A DNA stretch of 25,772 bases from a virus (lineage: Duplodnaviria; Caudoviricetes): the IMG/VR virus record IMGVR_UViG_3300028128_000202, positions 1-25,772 of that record. One strand, 5' to 3'. The notes beneath the pieces were generated by a model. It worked only from the letters and a program-made list of their open reading frames with translations, searched no databases and had not been told where the DNA came from. Shown in pieces: positions 17,165 to 24,851 of the stretch (within the stretch, counting starts at the first letter, position 1; every line of letters starts with the position of its first letter). Both the position numbers and the translations under genes were made by a program.

Positions 17165-17239
17165 TGGCTCGGGTACTTGGATTCGAACCAAGGACCTAGT
17201 GGTTAACAGCCACCCGCTCTGCCGCTGAGCTATACCCGA
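17165..17239 (-). tRNA. trnN: tRNA-Asn (anticodon GTT), CCA encoded
   Basis: TCGGGTA-TA-GCTC AGCGGCA GAGC-G-GGTGG CTGTTAA CCACT-AGGTC-CTTGG TTCGAAT CCAAG-TACCCGA-G-CCA; full 75-nt cloverleaf. Confidence 0.97.
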
Positions 17240-17245
17240 TCAAGT

Positions 17246-17614
17246 TTAGTTAGCTTCCTTACCATCATCACCAAATAGCTTAATCACCTCAGGCTCTTCT
17301 GTAGCTGGTGGTGCCGCAGGTGCTGGGTTATTAATAGCACTATATTGCGCTTTAATCTGATCAGTAAGAGAGACATTTGATGTAGCAATAGCCGACTTAT
17401 AAAACGTCCAATCATTTTTCGTCCTATCCCCTTCAATAAACTCCATAAAGAGATAGGGGAAAGTTTGTACTTGAAGTTGCCCTGACTGTTGGTCAGGTTG
17501 TACATGTACAATAACTGGATTATTTAAAGTAATGGTTTCGTCTGTTTGAGCAGTTTCAACTCCAATAACGACACGTCCAACTTGATCAACAATAGTAGTA
17601 ATTTCTTCACTCAT
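17246..17614 (-). CDS. Hypothetical protein (possible Sm-like beta fold)
   Basis: Beta-rich pattern GRVVIG...ITLNNPVIVHVQP...LQVQTFPY; has its own promoter. The fold is a guess. Confidence 0.7.
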   Translation of the reverse strand: MSEEITTIVDQVGRVVIGVETAQTDETITLNNPVIVHVQPDQQSGQLQVQTFPYLFMEFIEGDRTKNDWTFYKSAIATSNVSLTDQIKAQYSAINNPAPAAPPATEEPEVIKLFGDDGKEAN

Positions 17615-17622
17615 ACATCGCT

Positions 17623-17651
17623 ATTATAACCTACACTCGGCAAGTATCAAC
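17623..17651 (-). promoter_or_regulatory. Sigma70-like promoter (hypothetical gene plus tRNA-Asn)
   Basis: GTTGATA-N16-TATAAT-N8-ATG on the minus strand. Confidence 0.6.
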
Positions 17652-17675
17652 TGTGGATTAATATTTTTTTTAAAG

Positions 17676-17681
17676 TAAATA
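17676..17681 (+). promoter_or_regulatory. T4-late-like promoter (TAAATA) of the glycosyltransferase cluster
   Basis: GTAAATA-ATGTAT-ATG, matching the spacing seen at 2382 and 12698. Confidence 0.55.
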
Positions 17682-17687
17682 ATGTAT

Positions 17688-18935
17688 ATGCTTAACCCTT
17701 TAACAGGTAAGACTATTTTTGTTCAAATAGCTTCTTTTAGAGATAGTCAATTACTACCGACTTTAAAAGATATGCTTAATAAAGCAGACGAGCCGGAAAA
17801 TCTTAAAATATGTATCTGTTGGCAACATTCCGAAGAAGACGAGTGGGATAATTTAGATGAATATATAGACGATAGCAGATTTATTATCGTCGATGTTAAA
17901 GCAGAAGAATCTAAAGGAGTTTGTTGGGCTCGACATCTTATACAACAGAAATATAATAACGAAGATTTTACTCTCCAACTAGACTCTCATCATAGATTTG
18001 AGCGGCATTGGGATACAGAATTAAAAAACGAGATTTTACAACTCCAACTACATGGTTATAAAAAGCCTCTACTTACTGGATATATTACATCTTTTCATCC
18101 ATCCTTACCTAAAGCCGAATGGGGTAAGGATCCTTGGCAAATGGTGTTTGATAGATTTACACCAGATGGTGTTGTATTTTTTAAACCATCTGTTGTACCA
18201 GACTGGGAAAAGCGAACAATGCCAATTAAAGGTAGATTTTACTCAGCACATTTTGCATTTACAGTGGGACAGTTTTGTAAAGAGGTTCCTCATGATCCAA
18301 GATATTATTTTCATGGAGAAGAAATAACAATTGGAGTAAGGGCATTTACGCATGGATATGATATTTTTCACCCTCACCGTATAGTGGCTTACCATGAATT
18401 TTCTCGAGACTATAGACCAGATAAGCATTGGGATACATATACAAAATGGGTAGAGCATAATGATGAAACGTACAGTCTTATGAGAGGTCTCTTAGGTATA
18501 GATGGAGAGAGTTGTAGTGATACGGAAAAATATGGTAAGTATGGGTTAGGTGACAAACGATCAATAGAGGATTGGCAGGCTTTTGCCGGTGTAAATTTTT
18601 CTAATCGAACTGTACAGCAAGAAACTATAGATGGTTGCATTCCACCAAATGACCCTGATGGTAATTGGAGCAAATTTTACAAGCACTGCCTTAATATTGA
18701 TAAAAATAAAATATCACAAGATAATATTGAGTTTATAGTTGTAGCCCTTCATGATAAAGATGATAATACTTTATATAGAAAAGATATATCAGGGGAAGAG
18801 CTAAACACAATACTATCCAGAGATATTATTAATATATGGGTAGAGGGGGAAGTTGCTACTATACCTGAGTACTACGTTGTGTGGCCTTATTCAACCATTG
18901 ATGGTTGGTGTGAAAGGCTTACTGGTAATTTATAA
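17688..18935 (+). CDS. GT60-like polypeptide GlcNAc-transferase (Skp1 Gnt1/pp-alphaGlcNAcT family), paralogue 1
   Basis: TIFVQIASFRD, ESKGVCWAR, LQLDSHHRF...WD, FYSAHFAF, EVPHDP..YFHGEEI...RAFTHGYD. The start may be 17682 or 17688; the latter fits the promoter spacing. Confidence 0.88.
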   Translation: MLNPLTGKTIFVQIASFRDSQLLPTLKDMLNKADEPENLKICICWQHSEEDEWDNLDEYIDDSRFIIVDVKAEESKGVCWARHLIQQKYNNEDFTLQLDSHHRFERHWDTELKNEILQLQLHGYKKPLLTGYITSFHPSLPKAEWGKDPWQMVFDRFTPDGVVFFKPSVVPDWEKRTMPIKGRFYSAHFAFTVGQFCKEVPHDPRYYFHGEEITIGVRAFTHGYDIFHPHRIVAYHEFSRDYRPDKHWDTYTKWVEHNDETYSLMRGLLGIDGESCSDTEKYGKYGLGDKRSIEDWQAFAGVNFSNRTVQQETIDGCIPPNDPDGNWSKFYKHCLNIDKNKISQDNIEFIVVALHDKDDNTLYRKDISGEELNTILSRDIINIWVEGEVATIPEYYVVWPYSTIDGWCERLTGNL

Positions 18936-18955
18936 AACTATTGATAAGTATAATT

Positions 18956-20218
18956 ATGAAAAATGCCTATATTAATAGTTCTATTTTTGTTCAAATAGCA
19001 GCTTATAGGGATAAGGAGCTACTTCCTACATTAAAAGATCTTCTATCCAAAGCTAGTAAACCAGATTTACTACATATTTGTATTTGTTGGCAACATTCTG
19101 TAGAAGACGAGTGGGATAATTTAGATGAATATATAGATGATAAAAGATTTACTATATTGGATATAAACTACAAAGACTCAAAGGGTGCTTGCTGGGCTAG
19201 GAATCTTATACAACAACATTATAATAAAGAAAAATTTACTCTTCAATTAGACTCACATCACCGGTTTGTTAAAAATTGGGATATTAAGCTTAAGAACATG
19301 TACGCAGGATTACAGCTTAATGGTTCTAAGAAACCTTTAATTACGGGTTATTTACCTGCTTATGATATAGATACTGGTAAGCCTATTGATCATGATCCAT
19401 GGATGTTATCATATAATTATTTCGGTCATGATGGTCCGCTACATACTATTCCAGAAGCGATACCTAACTGGAAATCACTTGGAGGACCTGTACGTGGCAG
19501 ATTTTACTCAGCTCATTTTGCTTTTACAGATGGTAAGTTTAGTGTGGATGTGCAACATGATCCGGAAATGTACTTTCATGGAGAAGAAATAACTATTGGA
19601 GTGAGGGCATTTACACATGGATATGATATATATCATTCGAATAAATTACTAGCATGGCATCATTATGGTAGAAAATCTGCTACAAAACATTGGGATGATA
19701 GTAAAACTTGGCAAAAAGATAATCTTAAATCATATAAACGAGTAAGAAAATTACTTGGTATTAATAATGAAAAGTTTAAGTCAGGGGAAAATAAATACGG
19801 ATTTGGTAAAGTGCGATCTTTACAGGATTATGAAAAATATGCAGGGGTAAGATTTAGAGATCAAAAGCTTCAACGCTATACTCTTGATAGATTACATCCT
19901 CCAAATCCGGAATATACAAGTAAAAGTGAATATGATGATTCTTTTGTAAAGCAATTTAAGCATTGTATAGATTTAACCTATGATCAAGTACCATATGATG
20001 ATTATATCTTCTGGGCAGTAGCTTTCTTTAATAAGGGTGGTGAAGAGGTCTTTAGACAGGACGCGAGCAAAGAAGAGATAGAAGCTCTCAAATCTGATCC
20101 TGATGGTTATTGCAAACTATGGAGGTGGTTTGAAACCGAAGAAGATATTGTTAAGTGGCGCGTCTGGCCAGAGAGTGAAGAGCATGGTTTTGCAGAACCC
20201 ATAGAAGGTGAATTATGA
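18956..20218 (+). CDS. GT60-like polypeptide GlcNAc-transferase, paralogue 2
   Basis: SIFVQIAAYRD, DSKGACWAR, LQLDSHHRF, FYSAHFAF, HDP.MYFHGEEI...RAFTHGYD. ATG 18956 is preferred over TTG 18941 (TAAGTA-N5-ATG). Confidence 0.88.
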   Translation: MKNAYINSSIFVQIAAYRDKELLPTLKDLLSKASKPDLLHICICWQHSVEDEWDNLDEYIDDKRFTILDINYKDSKGACWARNLIQQHYNKEKFTLQLDSHHRFVKNWDIKLKNMYAGLQLNGSKKPLITGYLPAYDIDTGKPIDHDPWMLSYNYFGHDGPLHTIPEAIPNWKSLGGPVRGRFYSAHFAFTDGKFSVDVQHDPEMYFHGEEITIGVRAFTHGYDIYHSNKLLAWHHYGRKSATKHWDDSKTWQKDNLKSYKRVRKLLGINNEKFKSGENKYGFGKVRSLQDYEKYAGVRFRDQKLQRYTLDRLHPPNPEYTSKSEYDDSFVKQFKHCIDLTYDQVPYDDYIFWAVAFFNKGGEEVFRQDASKEEIEALKSDPDGYCKLWRWFETEEDIVKWRVWPESEEHGFAEPIEGEL

Positions 20219-21930
20219 ATAATACGACTATAGTAACAGGCCTATGGGATATTAACCGAGCAAATAGACCTTTCGATACATATATGAAAGCTTTTGAACA
20301 ACTGCTTTCTGTAGATAAAAATATGTTTTTATTTATACCTTCTGATTTGGAAGAGTTTGTATGGAAGCATAGATCTCGTGACAATACTGCGGTGAAAATT
20401 TTTAATCTTGAAGATTTAAAATTAATGTATGATCCGTTTTGGAATAAAACGCAAGAGATTAGGACATCAGAGTCTTGGAAGTTAGGAACCGGTGAACATG
20501 GTTGGTTGTGGGATTCACCACAGCTTAATTTAGAGTGGTATAATCCAATTGTACAATCTAAAATGTTTATGCTACATGATGTTACTATTTATAACCCTTT
20601 CGATACTGAATATTTTTATTGGATAGATGCTGGACTTACCCTTACTACTCCTGAAGGTCACTTGCGTGATGAACCAGTTATAGATAGATTACATGAGTAT
20701 ACTTCTGCAGAGGAATTTATGTTTTTATCTTTTCCATATAAACCTGCAGGTGAAATTCATGGATTTTTATACCCTGATATAAATAAATATGCCGGTGAAG
20801 ATATACAATATGTATGCCGAGGAGGATTATTTGGAGGTCATAAGAAAGCTATATCCCAAGCTAATGGTGAATATTACTCGCTGTTAGAGCAAACTTTAGC
20901 AGATGGGTATATGGGTACAGAAGAGTCAATTTTTAGTATTATGGCTCATAGAGACCCTTATACATATCGAAGATTTAAACTTGAAGAGAGTGGATGGGTA
21001 GGTACATTTACTTTTGATGTTATTAACAACACAGCACAGCTGGTAGAAATTGATGGGGATGCTATTAAACAAAGGTATGAGTCGAAAAAATTAGTACCAA
21101 ATAATGTTACTAAGTTAGTAAGTACAAATATTTACATGCTAACGTTTAATATGCCTGGTCAACTCACCCATACCATTAACACAATGAATCAAACAGATGG
21201 GTTAATGACTCACCCTTCTAAATTTATATTTGATAATTCAACTGATGAACAAGCGATACATGAAAATAAACTTATTGCCAAACAACATGGTTTTGAATAT
21301 TTGCATTTAGGTAACAATACGGGTATCTGCGGAGGGAGGCAAGCAGTTGCAGAACATTTTCACGAATCAGATGCTGATTATATGCTGTTTTTTGAAGATG
21401 ATATGACATTTAATACAACAGATCAGGAAGGTAAGTTTTGTAGAAATGGTTTTCGTAAATATATAGATAACATTTACGAAGTAATTCATAAAATTATGTA
21501 TATTGAAGAGTTTGATTTTTTAAAACTTTCATTTACAGAAGTATATTTTGACAATGATAAGCAATGCTCGTGGTATAATGTACCACAATCGGTTAGAGAG
21601 ACTTACTGGCCGAATTATTGTTCATTACCAGAGATAGGATTAGATCCAAATTGTCCTAAAACTAGTTTTGGAACTATAAACACCGTAGATGAAGTATCAT
21701 ATATTACCGGTGATATTTATTATGGTAATTGGCCTATGATAGTAAGTAAAGAAGGTAATAGAAAAATGTTTATAGATACAGTTTTTGAAAATCCATTTGA
21801 ATCAACTTGGATGTCTCATATGTTTCAATTAACAAAAGAAGGTAAATTAAACCCTGCTATACTATTAGCGTCTCCTATTTGGCACGATCGTATTGAATAT
21901 TACAAAGCTGAAGATCGTAGAGAAAATTAA
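20215..21930 (+). CDS. HtrL/YibB-like glycosyltransferase fused to a second GT-A domain
   Basis: N-terminal TIVTGLWDI, YN.IVQSKMFML, NPFDTEYFYWIDAG, GGLFGG, GTEESI; C-terminal FDNS...NTGICGGRQ...MLFFEDDM. ATGA-coupled to paralogue 2. Confidence 0.8.
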   Translation: MNNTTIVTGLWDINRANRPFDTYMKAFEQLLSVDKNMFLFIPSDLEEFVWKHRSRDNTAVKIFNLEDLKLMYDPFWNKTQEIRTSESWKLGTGEHGWLWDSPQLNLEWYNPIVQSKMFMLHDVTIYNPFDTEYFYWIDAGLTLTTPEGHLRDEPVIDRLHEYTSAEEFMFLSFPYKPAGEIHGFLYPDINKYAGEDIQYVCRGGLFGGHKKAISQANGEYYSLLEQTLADGYMGTEESIFSIMAHRDPYTYRRFKLEESGWVGTFTFDVINNTAQLVEIDGDAIKQRYESKKLVPNNVTKLVSTNIYMLTFNMPGQLTHTINTMNQTDGLMTHPSKFIFDNSTDEQAIHENKLIAKQHGFEYLHLGNNTGICGGRQAVAEHFHESDADYMLFFEDDMTFNTTDQEGKFCRNGFRKYIDNIYEVIHKIMYIEEFDFLKLSFTEVYFDNDKQCSWYNVPQSVRETYWPNYCSLPEIGLDPNCPKTSFGTINTVDEVSYITGDIYYGNWPMIVSKEGNRKMFIDTVFENPFESTWMSHMFQLTKEGKLNPAILLASPIWHDRIEYYKAEDRREN

Positions 21931-21932
21931 TA

Positions 21933-22232
21933 TTAAACGTTAATTTTTTCAAGTTCTTCACGAGCCTTTTCCAAAGCTTCTTCTGATTGCTTTGATAGAT
22001 ATGTAGATTTACCACTAGCGTGTATTAACGCGCTGGACATATGAAGGATAGCGCGACGTGCAGCTTCAATTTGTGGTGAGCCAATTCGACCTTCACCAAC
22101 ATCTGTTCCTGACACAGCACCTTTAATTAACTTGAGGAAGTAAACAGTACTTGCTAGCTTACCCCTATTGTATGCTGGGTGTGCTTTTGGTGTATTATCA
22201 TCTTCTGGTCTATCTAAATAACTTTCAGCCAT
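21933..22232 (-). CDS. Hypothetical protein (99 aa)
   Basis: Start moved to ATG 22232 (MAESYLDRP), which removes the overlap with the polymerase and has TAAATA 5 nt upstream. Confidence 0.7.
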   Translation of the reverse strand: MAESYLDRPEDDNTPKAHPAYNRGKLASTVYFLKLIKGAVSGTDVGEGRIGSPQIEAARRAILHMSSALIHASGKSTYLSKQSEEALEKAREELEKINV

Positions 22233-22248
22233 ACTACTATTTACTCTA

Positions 22249-24825
22249 CTATGAGAATAAATCAAATAATTCGGTCTGAACATTTTCAGATGGTTTACGT
22301 ATAGACCAGCCTACACTATCATAAAATCGAGCAATCGATTGGAAGAGAATTTTATCAAACATTTTCTCATAGTCAATCTTAAACAGGTCATTAAGCTCGT
22401 CAGGCCATTCATACTTGAACCCCATCGACGACAGGCCGTATTTATTGGGAGTCTCTATATACATGAAACGCACCTTATCCCCAGAGCTAATAGACTCGTA
22501 TTTGTTTCCAGTCTCAAGCTTTTCAAGTATCTGATTATAGTAGTAAGCAGATTTAGCATGCACAGGCATACCCTTGACTGTTTGCCACTCACGGCATTGA
22601 ACAGCATGCTTTTCATATCCCTTAATACCCATTACAAAAGCAATCTCTTCTGGTGATAGAGTCTTAAAAGTCTCATACGCTTCGTTGAATACTTTATTAG
22701 TCTTGGCTAGTGACTGAGTTGATAGCATAGTCTCAATAATACCCTTAGCGTACGGTTTGATAGCATTAGGCATTGTAGTACGAACAACCTCAACACCTGT
22801 ATACTTGAACTTATTCTCCTTAATACCCTCATCATCAAGGATATGCATAACATACCGCTTCTTCTGTAAGAAGGTAGCAACATCAGCAATACACTCACGC
22901 TTGAATACAAAACGTGGATCGTCTGTTAACAAGGCTTTACGGGCCCATGCGGTAATGTCTTTATTAAGACAATCTTCAATCTCTTGAATCTTATCATACG
23001 TTTCCTGATGAATAAGGCCTTTCGATTCATCTTCCCAAAACTTAACACCATTTTTAATTAGAGGTGCAATAGAAATATAGGATGAGTCAGTATCATTATA
23101 AACAATACACTCTTCAAGATCATGCTCTGATATATTATCTACACCGACCTCATTACGAATAAAGTTCTTGAGACACTCATTAGAGTATTTGATAACCGCT
23201 TGACCAGTTAAGGTAACACTTGCAGCGATATCATCATCACCAATAGGAGCGTTCTTGTTACCCATATAACCATAACAAGAGTTAATCAAAATCTTAATGA
23301 CCATTTGTTGGGTATTGAGGCGCTCGACTTCGTACTTAAGGTCGATATTGCCTGGGTCCTTTTTAAGCTTTTTAGTATTAGTAAAGAGTTTCTTCTTAAT
23401 CTCAACCCGTTGATTGTAATAGTATTCAAGAAACTCAGGAATAATACCGCGTTTCTTCTGACTAAATAGGAAACCAGCTTTTGATAATGCACATTTTTCA
23501 TCTTTAAGGAACTTTACGAAGTCTCTCTTACTTAATGTAAACAACCTACCTGAATTATGCTGAATAGTAATTTCTTTACCATCATTCTTCTCAACCTTAC
23601 CAACTTTAGTTTCAGGTGAAGTATTAAGAGAGATCATCACGTTAGGGTATAGAGAGTTAGCATCAAAGGACACGATGTTCTCCTTGAAGCCTCGCTTAGG
23701 TTCAGCAACATATGCACCAGGATTCTTATGGTCCTTATTACCACTCCGCACAAAGGTAGAAATAACCTCACCACGCTTACGTGCACGTATAGTTAACGCT
23801 CCGTTAATAACACCAATCGTACCCATAGCACCTTCTAAAGTAGTTAAACCAACGTAAGACAGCATTCTCAGTAGAGGAATGTATTGAAGCTTCTCTTCCA
23901 GTTCAACTAGAAGGTTAACGTCCTGAACGTTGTAGTCAATAAACTTATTCCAGTCCTGATCAGCAAGTTCATGAAGGGCTAAGCCTTCATAATCAATCTT
24001 CTTCTGACCTAACTCAAGCTCACCAATAGCATCAAGCTTATATGACTCACGCAACTTAAGACAAAATCGTTTATACACATCAAGATAGTCAAGATTAGCA
24101 ACACCATCGAAGTAGTAACGCTTTTGCTCGCGACCGAACGTACCTTTACGCATTCTAAAATAAACATTACGTAGAGGTGATAGGCGATCTACATACTCTT
24201 GACCTAAGATACGCTCCATTCTATTAACAATATAAGGAATATCAAATCCTTCAGAGTTCCAACCACTAATAACGTCAGGGTGCTGCTTCTCAATATACTT
24301 AAGGAAAGCTAAGAACATCTCACGTTCAGTTTTACAGTAATGGTAGATCATATCATCACGACCTTTACCCGTATATTCATGAATACCAAACGTATTAAAC
24401 TTTTTACTAAAGTTATCCCATATAGTTATAACATTACAAACATGAGTAGGATCATCTACATCAGGAAAAGTATCAACAGAGTAAGTCTCAATATCGATAA
24501 AGCAATACTTGATAGGGTGACTATTAAACTCAGGCTTTTCGTTTTCCTCCCAATACATATCAAGAAGAAACTGCTGCGCTGGGGGTGAGTTCTCAAAGAC
24601 ACGCTTAACTCCAGAATCTTGAAGAAACTTATAGCGATTGTACCCAGTATTAAAGGAACGTTTCTTAACCTTAGTACCGAAAATAGAGGTCTTTTCCCCA
24701 CGAGGGTCTTCCGTATAGAGATAAGGCTCGAAAGAGCACTCTCTACGAATACGATCACCAGTCTCGCTCCAACCAAATAAAGTAACCGTACCTTCGCGGC
24801 CGTTATAAACTACATTACGATACAT
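22249..24825 (-). CDS. gp43: Family B DNA polymerase (T4 gp43-like)
   Basis: Exo motifs FIDIET, GWNSEGFDIPY, YNVQD; polymerase motifs SFDANSLYP, KILINSCYG, YNDTDS, KKRY; C-terminal clamp-binding-like ELFDLF. Confidence 0.97.
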   Translation of the reverse strand: MYRNVVYNGREGTVTLFGWSETGDRIRRECSFEPYLYTEDPRGEKTSIFGTKVKKRSFNTGYNRYKFLQDSGVKRVFENSPPAQQFLLDMYWEENEKPEFNSHPIKYCFIDIETYSVDTFPDVDDPTHVCNVITIWDNFSKKFNTFGIHEYTGKGRDDMIYHYCKTEREMFLAFLKYIEKQHPDVISGWNSEGFDIPYIVNRMERILGQEYVDRLSPLRNVYFRMRKGTFGREQKRYYFDGVANLDYLDVYKRFCLKLRESYKLDAIGELELGQKKIDYEGLALHELADQDWNKFIDYNVQDVNLLVELEEKLQYIPLLRMLSYVGLTTLEGAMGTIGVINGALTIRARKRGEVISTFVRSGNKDHKNPGAYVAEPKRGFKENIVSFDANSLYPNVMISLNTSPETKVGKVEKNDGKEITIQHNSGRLFTLSKRDFVKFLKDEKCALSKAGFLFSQKKRGIIPEFLEYYYNQRVEIKKKLFTNTKKLKKDPGNIDLKYEVERLNTQQMVIKILINSCYGYMGNKNAPIGDDDIAASVTLTGQAVIKYSNECLKNFIRNEVGVDNISEHDLEECIVYNDTDSSYISIAPLIKNGVKFWEDESKGLIHQETYDKIQEIEDCLNKDITAWARKALLTDDPRFVFKRECIADVATFLQKKRYVMHILDDEGIKENKFKYTGVEVVRTTMPNAIKPYAKGIIETMLSTQSLAKTNKVFNEAYETFKTLSPEEIAFVMGIKGYEKHAVQCREWQTVKGMPVHAKSAYYYNQILEKLETGNKYESISSGDKVRFMYIETPNKYGLSSMGFKYEWPDELNDLFKIDYEKMFDKILFQSIARFYDSVGWSIRKPSENVQTELFDLFS

Positions 24826-24833
24826 CTAATATC

Positions 24834-24851
24834 ATTATAGCGAAGTTCCTT
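24834..24851 (-). promoter_or_regulatory. AAGGAACT-N4-TATAAT promoter motif, copy 3 (DNA polymerase)
   Basis: Minus strand reads AAGGAACT-TCGC-TATAAT-GATATTAG-ATG. Confidence 0.7.

Noticed and set aside
22339-24776. Small ORFs within the polymerase gene, or an intron/intein
   Set aside because: The polymerase is continuous at 858 aa with all motifs in order and no intein or homing-endonuclease signature.
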